NCBI RefSeq assembly: GCF_004010195.1
Contig: NC_057749.1
Span: 13,762,543-13,826,542 of the forward strand
Direction: 5' to 3'
Length of the DNA stretch: 64,000 nucleotides
DNA from: Chiloscyllium plagiosum
Taxonomy: Eukaryota
Shown here: positions 52,396 to 64,000 of the stretch, in pieces
How the letters are laid out: the number at the start of each line of letters is the position of its first letter
How positions within the stretch are numbered: position 1 is the stretch's first letter
Translations under genes and position numbers: made by a program
Notes under the pieces: model-generated
Databases searched by the model: none
Seen by the model: the letters and a program-made list of their open reading frames with translations, nothing else
What the model was told of the DNA's origin: nothing

Positions 52396-53278
52396 ATTTG
52401 TTAAGACAGTCGAGTCTTGAATGCTGCGTATTATCAAAATACAATGCCACAGCTCATTCAGATGCAAGAATAACTCGTCCCACTTTGAGTCTCAATGCTG
52501 CAAGGCTGCAGAAAGCAAATCTCAGCGCAATAGTTTTTAAAAGGCATTCTCTTAAATAAGAAGAAAAGGTAAACTAAAAGCACTTTTGGATACCATCCTA
52601 CCAGGAGGAACAAAATTGTAGGCAGTTATTCAGCACATGTGTTTCCTGATCTTAAATCAGGATTGCTCTTTTGGCAGCAGATGTTCTGCACATCGTGAAT
52701 ATTGGGGGGGGGGGGGATTCATGGAGGGAGGGAGAAACTGGTAGTATTGATGTCAAGATACACTAAGAGGAACAGATTTATGGAACTGACTACCAGTTAG
52801 TTCTTTTAAAGCAGTGCTCCATAAATATCGCTTTGGGGAAAAAGGATTGAAGATTATAATGTGACCAGAAATGACTCAATGCTTAGAACACAAGAGCTCA
52901 TGCACTAAGACTACATGAAATTTACACTTGTAAGCACAATCTAGATAATTCAACTAATATTCTATCTAATATTCTAACAATTTGGCCTCTTTAGAATGTT
53001 ATTGACTGAAGAGGTTTTCTTGTGTTTTGTTAACTCATTCCTGACAGATCAAATGTAAGTTAAGAGGAATAATCGGCCAAATTGTACAAGTTAACACAAA
53101 GGGAACCAGTTTTTCTAGCCTGTTCTCTTTCCATATTTTCCTTTGCTTTAATTTGTTCCTGCTGTAATACATACTCAGTGAAAGTTCAAGGATTGGCATT
53201 CTAAAAAACTCTGGGAGCAGAACAAGAGAGTGCTGAATGGTCTGGAATAGTGCATTTTGGGTGACACTTTAAATCAAA

Positions 53279-53434
53279 ATGTGGATGTGCTGGTGTTGGA
53301 CTTTGGTGGACAAAGTCAGAAATCACACGACGCCAGGTTACAGTCCAATAGTTTATTTGAAATCACAAGCTTTCGGGTGCTGCTTCTTCATCAGGTGAAG
53401 ACACTGTTGGACTATAACCCAGTGTCATGTTCTG
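53279..53434. mobile_element. Family B fold-back element
   Basis: Family B pLTR plus a short inverted arm. TSD actttaaatcaaa at 53266-53278 and 53435-53447. Confidence 0.8.
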
Positions 53435-55975
53435 ACTTTAAATCAAAGCCTATTTAGGTGAATGTTAAAGATTCCTTGGCCACCTGTTCCAAAACAACAT
53501 TACTAAACAGTGAGTAACTCAGCAATTCAGATTGCCAAAACCGACAGGTTCCCTGTCTGATTTTGGACTGCCTTGGCCAGGTTGGAGTACGGTGGGAACA
53601 GGGTTGACTGGTCCTTTGTTCCCCCCTGTTGTCAGGGCAGTTTTTATGAAGAAGGTAGGGATTTGGTTCAGAAGGGGCAGAACATGCACTAAAAAACTGG
53701 AAGGACAGAGCAGCCATGTTGAAAATAAAACTAAGCATATGAAGCAATGCTTCCTCTCTGTTTTGGATAAGAATTTGCCTAACAATACCCTCATCCAGTG
53801 TGTGCAGCCGCATCCATTTATGTGTAGACCTTCAGTGCGCAAGCACCAGTGTTCACTCTGTGTTGAAGTTCTACCTGTCTCCAGTGCTACTAGGGAAAGG
53901 TCTTGTCACATTGCTGTAGCTGGACCATACCGTACCACTTTTGAAGAAGTTTAAATAGAAAAATAGCTTTGACCACAAATCCAACAAAGAATGGTCAGCA
54001 TATAATATTCTCAAGGCCCTGCTGGAAAAGGAGGACAAGTTCTGACACATGATTCCCCAAAAAGGTTGTCAAAGTCATTTGGCAGAATGTCGCATCATTA
54101 AAAGTTACAAACAAGCACCAAGATATAGTTTGACTGCGGGGTAGTGAAAAAAGCCTTTCCTGTCAGATTTCTACATGCCCTTGAAGTGATTTTTGTTTGA
54201 AAGAGGCTGCTGTCCACTGCCTTGTGAGAATTTTTCTTTTTAATTTGTTCATGGAATGTGGGTGTTGCTGGCTGGCCCAGCACTTATCATCCATCCCAAG
54301 TTGCCCTAAAGTGTTATTGTTAGCTGCACTCATCCAGGCAACTGACATGTGCATTATAGATGATGGACAATCATTGGGAAATCAGAAGGTTGGTTATTCA
54401 TTGTAGAATTCCTAGCCTTGAATGTGCTCTTCTATTATTTATATGGCTAACCCAGTTCAGTTTCTGGAAAATGTCAACCCCAGGATGTCGATTGTGGGGC
54501 ATTCTACTGGGAATGCCATTGAATGTCAAAGAGTGATGGTCAGTTTTTTACTAGAGAAGATGGTTATTGCTTGGCAAAAATGTACTTTTGCAAAGAAGAT
54601 GCAATGGCTTTTGTCGAGGTTTATCCCGAGCAGCTTCATAATACGGGCTCTGTGGGCTGTTTCCAGGGACGCACACAAACAGAAATATCAAGAGCAGTCT
54701 TGGTTGTTGAGCCCTGTGAATAAGGTTAATACATTTCCATCGGTATGTATTTGCCAAATAACTGTTGGCCAGGAAGATTAGCTAGATTGTGCACCATACT
54801 GTTCCCATCAAGCTGCCCACACTTAGAATTGTAGAATAATACATCACTACACCAGGCCTGTTTACATTAAGAACACAAGTCCATTACAAACAAAAGCCTT
54901 GAGCTTCCTATACAAATCTTCATGATTAGACCTAATGTATGAGGTGTTTCCTTTCTAACAGGATGTACATCTTAAAGTGAAGGTTCAAATATGTCACACA
55001 CTCCATTTCCATTGATTTCTCCACTTTCCCAAACAGAATAACAGTTCTATGGGCACAAGCAGCTTTTTGATACATTATCCACATGTCCATTCATTATGTC
55101 TTAATCTCTGCAGCAAACTATTCAATGGGAAGAAAAATACCACTAACCACTTACACATACACTTCAAGGAATCCAGATTATCATCTGGTGATTGCAACTG
55201 GAAGTTTAAAATCACAATGATCTGGCACAGGAATCCCGAAATCACGACACTGAGATGATGAGAGCCTTTCAGCCCATTCTAAAACTAAAATAAGTCAATG
55301 CGTCACAAGCCAGGAACATATCTGCTTTGGCTAGCAATTCTCATGGTAATTCCTTTGTGCACTAGTCCATTGGAGTCCTAGATTGCAGATATCAATCAAT
55401 CAGTACATTTGTAATGGCACTGATGTCAGGATTTTGATTTTTCTCGTGGAAATAGAGCAAAAAATTAACAATTGAAGAAAATATCACACTATCAAGGAAT
55501 TTAGCCAATACAGCAAGGCTCGTAAAACATTATTTGCACTAAAACTTATAGCATTCCCTACAAAATTCATTGCTTGCACAGCAAGTTTCCTGTAAGAACT
55601 AGTTTCTTTTTTCTAATCATATACTTCTTTAGAGTCATTGAAATGTTGAAGACCTAAGGGTGCAGCTTAGTTCATGTCTGCATGTACAGTAGAGTTGGAA
55701 ATTACAGACTGATTAAAGTAGCAGTACAAGTTTCTTGGGATTCAGGTCACATGATTTTTCTGTACAGCCCATGCTAATCCAACGTGTATAGAACTTCACA
55801 ACATTTTTCTTCCAAAACTGTCACAGATGAGAAAAAGCTATCTGACTCACCTATTGGAGGTCACCAACATGCAGTGTAGTATTTTTCTTAAATGATGCCC
55901 AAGAGAGAAAGACAGTAAAAAGGCACCCATTAAAAACCTTACCATAGTTGTCAAAGTTTGCATACCCAAACTATT

Positions 55976-56290
55976 TTAGATTAGTTCCCTACAGTGTGGA
56001 AACAGGCACTACGGCCCAACAAGTCCACAGCGCCTCTCTGAAGAGAAACCCACCCATACCCATTCCCCTACCCTATATTTACCCCTGCTTAATGCACCTA
56101 ACACTGTGGGCAATTTAGCATGGCCAATTCACCTAATCTGCACCATCTCTGGATTGTGGGAGGAAACTGGAGCACCCAGAGGAAACCCACGCAGACACGG
56201 GGAGAATGTGCAAACTCCACACAGACAGGCGGGAATCGAACCCAGGTCTCTGGTGCGGTGAAGCAGCAGTGCTAACCACTGAGCCACCGT
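55976..56290 (-). mobile_element. Full-length HE1/V-SINE
   Basis: Minus 5' end acggtggctcagtggttagcactgctgc...ctgggttcgattccc (A/B boxes), central V-SINE-like body and CR1-like tail. Confidence 0.85.
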
Positions 56291-56759
56291 TCTTAATACC
56301 TTTCTATAAAAAGTGCTTTACAGCAGCTTCTAACATTTGTTGTGGGGAAGATGTTAAGCTAGCTGTCCACAGTTTCCAGCTTTCTGTCACTATTTTTCAT
56401 TTGCAATCGTAGGGAATGTTGGAAAATTAAAACAATATATTGAGAACCTCAGCAACCACTTCTTTCACAACTCTATGATGTAGTTGATATCAAAATTCCA
56501 AAGTGAAACATTCAGAACATCCTATAATGCCTCTTTCGACTGCCATGAGTGTGCAACACTTTCGCCAGGGAGTGGCAGGTATTCTGACTATATGACCAGC
56601 AGAACACAATTGTGGTTGTCTCAATATGATGCGGAAACCAGATACACCAATTCAGGTGAGCGCCCAGATCTGGTAATTCAGCCTGTCATCTAATTTTCAG
56701 AAGTTTACCACTAAAGCCAATATAAAAGTCACTTTTCCTGATAGCATTTGTGGTTACAA

Positions 56760-57933
56760 GAGGGTGGTACCAGAGGACTAGAGAGTGGCGAATGTTGTGC
56801 CCCTGTTCAAAAAAGGGAATAGGGATAACCCCGGGAATTACAGGCCAGTTAGTCTTACTTCGGTGGTAGGCAAAGTAATGGAAAGGGTACTGAGGGATAG
56901 GATTTATGAGTATCTGGAAAGACACTGCTCGATTANNNNNNNNNNNNNNNNNNNNNNNNNNNNNNNNNNNNNNNNNNNNNNNNNNNNNNNNNNNNNNNNN
57001 NNNNNNNNNNNNNNNNNNNNNNNNNNNNNNNNNNNNNNNNNNNNNNNNNNNNNNNNNNNNNNNNNNNNNNNNNNNNNNNNNNNNNNNNNNNNNNNNNNNN
57101 NNNNNNNNNNNNNNNNNNNNNNNNNNNNNNNNNNNNNNNNNNNNNNNNNNNNNNNNNNNNNNNNNNNNNNNNNNNNNNNNNNNNNNNNNNNNNNNNNNNN
57201 NNNNNNNNNNNNNNNNNNNNNNNNNNNNNNNNNNNNNNNNNNNNNNNNNNNNNNNNNNNNNNNNNNNNNNNNNNNNNNNNNNNNNNNNNNNNNNNNNNNN
57301 NNNNNNNNNNNNNNNNNGGTGGTTAGAGCTTGTAAGAAGGCCTATGGTGTATTAGCGTCCATTAGCAGAGGGATTGAATTCGAGAGTCGTGAAGTGATGT
57401 TGCAGCTGTACAGCACTTTGGTTAGGCCACAGTTGGCGTACTGTGTGCAGTTCTGGTCGCCTCACTTTAGGAAAGATGTGGAAGCTTTGGAGAGGGTGCA
57501 GAGAAGATTTTCCAGGATGTTGCCTGGGATGGAGAATAGGTCGTACGAGGATAGGTTGAGCGTGCCAGGCCTTTTCTCATTGGAACGGAGAAAGATGAGG
57601 GGTGACTTGATAGAGGTGTATAAGATGATCAGGGGAATAGATAGAGTAGACAATCAGAAACTTTTTCCCCGGGTACAACAGAGTGTTACAAGGGGACATA
57701 AATTTAAGGTGAAGGGTGGAAGGTATAGGGGAGATGTCAGGGGTAGGTTCTTTACCCAGAGAGTGGTGGGAGCATGGAATGCGCTGGTTGTGGGAGTGGC
57801 AGAGTCAGAATCATTGGCGACCTTTAAGCGGCAATTGGATAGGTACATGGATGGGTGCTTAAGCTAGGACAAATGTTCGGCACAACATCGTGGGCCGAAG
57901 GGCCTGGTCTGTGCTGTATCGTTCTATGTTCTA
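56760..57933 (+). mobile_element. Young CR1 LINE ORF2 fragment spanning a gap
   Basis: Stop-free ANVVPLFKKGNRDNPGNYRPVSLTSVVGK...LYSTLVRPQLAYCVQFWSP...; (gttctat)n tail; CpGs retained. Confidence 0.95.
56936..57317. other. Assembly gap
   Basis: Run of N. Confidence 1.
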
Positions 57934-59094
57934 AGATCTTCAACAGTCACCTCAACCAGTGGGACAGGACAGCTCCTATGACAATAAAGCATTCTCAAAG
58001 CCACTTACTGTTCTAGTCTCTTTCTCCTATGTTCATATCACACTGGAAAATAACACACAATGCTTTCTAGAACACAGCACAGCTCAATTTAACATGCAAA
58101 TTTACTAATATACAAGTTTTCTCTGTTCCAAGGTTTGTCATTAATAAAATGCTAATACCATGGTAACCCCATTACAGCAGTGATTAGGATTTTCAGCATC
58201 AAGCCCTGGAGAAAATGTGACTATATTAACTAACTCAGGTGAATTTAATACAGTATCAGAGGGATAACAACCCACTCGTGCTTTTCCCCTGCTGTTTTTG
58301 ACGCAATCTGAACGCTATGATTGAATCATTACCCTGTAATTCATTGAAAATATCCTCAACGTATCACTCACACTTTACAGTATTGATTGGTGAGAAACGG
58401 GGGCAAACCGAGCATTACAGTGAAAAACATGGCAGTATGTCACAAAGCTAATGACCAGTGTCAGGTTTAACAGCTCTTTTTAATAAGCCGACAGAAGGAT
58501 CACGCCCTTCATGTGACCCTACGAGACCATGACCCTGTCACCAGACTGAGTTTAACTGCAGGCTGGGACACATCACATCATCAAGTGCATATAGTTCATC
58601 TCATTAATTCAGAGTAAAGACACATAAGAACATGAAGTCCATGGCACAACTCCATGGTCAAGATTTCAAGAAATAGCATACGATTATCCTTTCAGGGTTT
58701 ACAGGGAATAGTAATCAGGTGATGGTGACTTTGTGGGAGGGCTGAGGGGCATTGGAAACTGGAAGAGAAGGGGAAATGCAAAAGCATATAATTATGGGAC
58801 GTTCACGCTGACAAATATCCCGTGGCAACAGTTATCCTATGCCACGCTTTGAATTTGTCCTATTTATCACGTGCATTGCATCATAATCTGAACATAAATA
58901 ATTGCACAGATGCAAGAGTGTGCATACAGAGCTGCACAAAAGTTGCGTTTTGGTCACAAACTTTGATGTTAGAGAAAGGTCTGTAACAGACACTACTTTC
59001 AGTGTTCTCCCTATGACAGGTTCAGCTACTGCATATAAGCTACATACTATTTTGGATTCCTGTGTTGGGCATTCTGTTCTTACGTCAGTTAACT

Positions 59095-59297
59095 AGACAG
59101 CTGGTATACAATGCAGAATGTTGTTAACAGAATGGATTCAATTCCCCACACCAGCTGAAGTTCGCACAACGGACCCTCCTTCTCAACCTCTTCCTCCGCC
59201 TCAGGCATGATGACCCTCAGGTTAAACTACCACCAGTCATCTCTATTTAATGAGAGTGCAGACTATGGTCAGGAGAAATATAGTGGCTTTACCTTTA
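59095..59297 (+). mobile_element. tRNA-derived SINE
   Basis: ggattcaattcc...ccttctcaacctc...cctcaggttaaactaccaccagtcatctct...gactatgg; same family as 23980-24192. Confidence 0.55.
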
Positions 59298-62200
59298 TTG
59301 CTTACCAAAGTCCCTCTTAACCAGCCTCTGCGTGTACACCTTTATCTGGTTTTCAACATTACAGAACACTATAGGATTAATACTCGTGAGTAGTAGCAGT
59401 CCTTAGGATAAAATATTTAATACCATTTCTGTAGATATTTTAGATCCTGCAGCATTATTTGAAGAATCAATGTTCTCCTAAAATCCTGAGACTTTCCTTT
59501 GCACGAGTTAACCGCTTACTTTTACCTAATAACAATGCTGGCACTTCCAAGTTACTCTCACATGGGAAGTGTTTTGGGATATTTCTGAGAGATGCGAGAA
59601 TATGCAATAAAAGACATCTGTCTTTCCTTTCTGTCAGCATTCAAAACTATTGGGCACGGAGGGGGGTATTATTTTCCAACATTACTTCCTTAAAGATCTT
59701 CTGGTCTGTCTATTACATGTCTGGTACCATAATATTGCAAAAGTAAAAACAATGGTTAAAGCTAATGGAATATTCTGAATTGTTCTTTCCACAGAAATTA
59801 CTTATAAAAATCCTGCCTAGAACCATCCCATATGTCTTCTTCAGATGCCCTATTTCAATAATATTCTTTTAAACTTGTCAATAGTAAGTAATTTGCCATA
59901 ATCATAAAATGACCAGCTGCTCCTTCATGCCCATTGCCTGGTTAATTTGTTGCTCCACCTGTCACAGGGACACTACCTGTGCTTAGATTACCTATGGGAT
60001 ATTTCTAGAATTGAAATTAGTGCAGTTTCATTCCTTTTCACCACCCAAGAAAGCAAATACTTTAAGAAATTGATATCTGCAGTGTTATTGGAAGAGCCCT
60101 ATTAAACAGATCCAATAGATCTGCAGTTGATTTAAAAAGTGGCGTTACATCCCAAGCTCTCTCTTAATACCTTTAATTGTATAAATAGCTGGATGACAGA
60201 TGTCAGAAGCAAATGTACTGAGTGTTGTGGTTGGGTTAGTGTGGTCTGGGTGTAAACTACAGCAAAAAACAACTCATTGGAGTACACACAGGATATCCAC
60301 CATGTTTTCTTGCAATTTATAAAAACTCCACTATTAAACTGCTGCATGTAGATCAAAGTTGATCTCTGGATTCATTTAGAAGTAAAATGTGAAGAGTAAA
60401 GTGAAGATACAGACAAGATATTAAGCCACATTATCAAAGTGGGATAACTTATTAAAAGGATGAAACTGAATTTTTTCCAGTCTTTAAGATTGGTTTGTAA
60501 AGCTAATCATAGTTTATGGTGCCATATGCTAGATTTTTCTGATTGAATTCTATTTATGCTAACCTACTTTAATGGTTTGATTAAATACAAAATAGAACAA
60601 TAGTACATTTCCAGTATTAGAATATAAATGATTGCAGTTCAAACAATTCTCTTTCAGCAGTCGGGCTACCACGACATTAGCAATGGGAGAAAATCATGCA
60701 ATTGCTTTTCATATTTTCATTTTAACCAGATTATATTCACACACAAAGTTTGCCAGAAATCACTTCATAGTCAACCTACACAGATTATGCCAGAGATCCG
60801 AGGGAATCTATCAGCTGGTTTCTCTGTTCTATATAAAAAAAAACACTGTTGTAATCCTAGCTACATCAAATTAAATAAGTTAAAGGCAGAGACTTCTATC
60901 ACAAGAGTGTTCTGTTCTTATGGAGGAAATGCCTGGTTTCCAATTGGTGACTGTTTAGAGTATGTGCTTAAGCAGGAGCTCAACATGCAAGGAACTGCAA
61001 CCACAAGCCTGGCTTCCATCACACTGTTACAACATGATATTTCCTGGGACAGTGACACTTGACAAAACATTACTAAGTTAACAACGCGCTCTGGAACAAT
61101 ATTTTTACTTTATTCTTGTTAACACAAGTCATCATGATGGATTATTAATTCAGTGAAGTATTAAGAACCAAAATATACTTTTTAGCACAGAAATTGTATA
61201 CCCACACATGATGGGCTTCTCCCAATTTTCTTTCCTGTTCTTTTCGCTCGACACATAGGCTTCATCAGTTTATATCCAAGATCAGATATTGTAGTCTCAC
61301 GCACTGACAGTTTTATAAAGATAGGGGTTAAACTTGGTGCAATTGCTAGACAATATATTACTCTTCAAACAGCTCTGGCTAAATGGTTTCTGGTTATAAA
61401 TATTAGCGGTCAGTGAGATCACAAAGCTGCCAAGGAGAGCTGATAACATTCAATTCATCATGACTTGTCCCTTCATTTATGCCCCCTCCCCAACAAAATA
61501 ATAATATGACAGAATACCCACTGAGTTTCTTGGCTATCCTATTAAAAGCAGAGGTCTCAGTCTGCCAGCAAGGCAGCATCTGGGTCTGCTTGCAAGTAAG
61601 ATAACTCCCCCAATAGCACAAATTGAATACAAAATAAACTATATAACATGTTTTTAACAATTGCTTTATAGGCAGTTAATAATCACATTGTGCGTACTAA
61701 CATTCTGACAGGTCCTTTATTTGTTGTACCTGAAATATGATGGGTGATCTTAGGTGGTGAGAAGTTCCAAGTTGAAACTACTCTATTAAGGGAAATGTTT
61801 GAAATACAATTTCAAGATTATACAAACAAATTGAGCCAGCTGCTGTAACCCATTTCTTGACATTGATTATAGACCAATAATGGGAGCATTAACATGAAAT
61901 GAGATGTCCTGAGTGCTCCCTGCACTTTTCTATAGGCAAGTTTATGACACTACATTCAAGTTACATTTTTTACCATAATAAATGCATTGTATAGAACATG
62001 AGACAGTCAACAGTTATTAGTTAAAAAGGTAGTTCAATGTTTAATGGATTCCTGCAGTCTTGCCCCAGGTCCAGTACAAACACAACACCATTCCTGTTAC
62101 TTCTAATGCGCTGCTTCATGCAGTTGCCTTTTATAATATTTCAGAAAATTAGTTTTGATATGTTCTACATGGTTTGAGAGGAACAGTTCAAAGAGCAACC

Positions 62201-62634
62201 TTATTTCTGAACCAGCCCCAGACACTGTCATCCTAGCCGACCACCACGTCTCATGTGATAGTCACAAGCAGATAAAGGAGCCATCAACATTTACGGTAAT
62301 TAGAAGTTCCCTTTTTCCCAAAGACTGAGAGGGAGAATTTTTCTAAAAATATATTTTGAGATTCACTTGTCAAATCCAGGCATAATTATACTCAGAGTGA
62401 CAATGCTGTTCACTTTTGTCCAGGAACAGTACGATACTTCCACTCAAGTCACTTTAGTTGGTTTAGTATTCAACAGTAGTGAATCATAAACTTTCTTTAT
62501 TGTCCCCTCCCCGCCACCCCTGAGACAAGTAACTTAGTAGTTCTTTTTTCATAAGTATTAAAGACAGGCTTATACTAAATACTGACAAAAAAAAATATTT
62601 TAGGGTGAGCAATATATAAAAACAGTATCGCAGA

Positions 62635-62960
62635 TAATCATCGAACCCTTACAGCGTGAAAGTAGGCCATTCAGCCCATTGAGTCCATACCACCCCCATG
62701 AAAAGCATCACACCTGATCCACCCCCCCTTACCGTATCCCTGCACTTCCCATGGTTAATCTACTTAGTTTGCATATCCCTGGATATTATCAGCAATTTGG
62801 AATGGCCAATCCACCTAACCTGCACATCTTTGGACTGTGGGAGGAAACCAGACATGGTGAGAATGTGCAAACTCCATACAGACTGCTGCTGGAAGCTGTA
62901 ATTGAATATGGGCCCCAGGTGCTGTAAGGCAGCAATGCTAACCACCGAGCCACCATGTTG
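62635..62960 (-). mobile_element. HE1/V-SINE
   Basis: Homologous to 55976-56290 (ttggactgtgggaggaaacc...gtgcaaactcca.acagac...gctaaccaccgagccacc). Confidence 0.8.
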
Positions 62961-63684
62961 CCTCTCCTGGACGCATTCAGGAGTATTGACATTCTGTGGA
63001 ACACCACTCTCATATACAGGTGTGAATCTACACAGTGACGTAGCAGGTAATTCAATTTGCTAGGCCACTGCAGCAATGCTTGATCCTAATCTCACTTAAC
63101 ATCCACAAATATATCCCATTCACTGGGGCTCACTGGACAAGAATCCTGGCTGATCAGTAGATCCGTGTGCCCAAATATGTGCATGTCAAAAATCAGTCTG
63201 TAACCTTTCCTGCCGCTGTGCAGACCTTTGAGGTCCAAACAGGGCAACTCCTTCACAACTCAAAGTCAATGCATCAGCATTTTAATTGGTGTGTGCAAAA
63301 TCTTGAACAGCTGCATGACTACACAGCCAGAGGGAACATTGCTATCAATCACGTGAAGACTCATACAGATATCCATAACCCTTACCAGTCATCATTCCCG
63401 AATTGAGGACCAGATGAAAAACAGAATGACTAGCTACTTCTTCCTAGCCAAGGGTTGATAATTTGAAAGGATTTATTCCAAAATTCACAAAGGGTCTTCA
63501 GCTTCATTTTCAAATTTGTGATTTCATTGGAAGCTTCATAGTGTGTTATAAATTTAAAGATCCAAAAGATGTCTACACTCTCCTCACCAATAGCAATAGT
63601 GCTTCAAGAGGTCGGTCATGGCCCACATCAACTTTGATCTCCCAGCCTGCTTCAATCCTCTACAATTTGCTTACTGATGTAACA

Positions 63685-64000
63685 GGTCCATAGCATCTGC
63701 CATTTCCCTAGCCCTGCACTCATTCCTGGAACATCTGGACAACTAGGTCATCCATGTCAGACTCCTGCTCATCGACTACAGTTCTGCCTTCAACACCATT
63801 ATCCTCTCCAGACCGATCTCAAAACTCTGACACCTAGGTCTCAGCTGCACCTTCTGCAACTCGATCCTCAGCTTTCTGACTTACAGCCTGCAATCAGTGA
63901 AGTCAGATAATTGCATGATAACTCAACAATGGAGTCCCCCAAGGATGCATTCTCCCAGAACTCCCTGTAGGCCCACGACTGCCTTGCTAAATTCTGAATG
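63685..64000 (+). mobile_element. Rex1/Babar RT fragment
   Basis: LEHLDN...VRLLLIDYSSAFNTII...GVPQGCIL. Confidence 0.8.

Noticed and set aside
56215..56290. tRNA gene
   Set aside because: tRNA-derived head of an HE1-type SINE continuing into the SINE body; not a standalone cloverleaf.
60628..61062. 144-aa + strand ORF
   Set aside because: No recognisable domain or codon pattern; consistent with a chance ORF in AT-rich intron.

Overview
Eukaryotic, vertebrate DNA. The repeat content (CR1/HER1-type LINEs, HE1-type and Deu-domain SINEs, abundant Penelope-like elements) indicates a cartilaginous fish, probably a shark (inference). The window lies inside the minus-strand gene SCAPER. Two consecutive coding exons are recognisable, 37389-37454 (GKEYESSLEAKAQIPDSPFKAK) and 27883-28009 (LQRLVKDLLKQLQGQDSGPWANNKVSSLDRTLGEISRILEKQ), with canonical GT-AG sites and matching phase. 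Everything else is intron. The introns hold decayed CR1, Rex1/Babar and RTE LINE fragments, SINEs, a solo LTR, a CpG-rich Tigger-like MITE and many Penelope-derived elements. Many of the Penelope elements are fold-back inverted repeats with 12-16 bp TSDs and minimal hammerhead ribozyme motifs. Most striking are: (1) a Penelope hairpin copy at 44366-44863 with massive one-directional T>C change in both arms, the signature expected of ADAR A-to-I hyper-edited RNA written back into the genome; (2) several families of hammerhead-bearing fold-back elements; (3) a compact CpG-rich promoter-like motif cluster (CRE, E-boxes, GC box, YY1) at 45205-45335; (4) repeat-free blocks that are candidate enhancers of the ancient Islet-Scaper regulatory block. 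There are two assembly gaps (2875-3374, 56936-57317). Repeat boundaries without stated TSDs are approximate.
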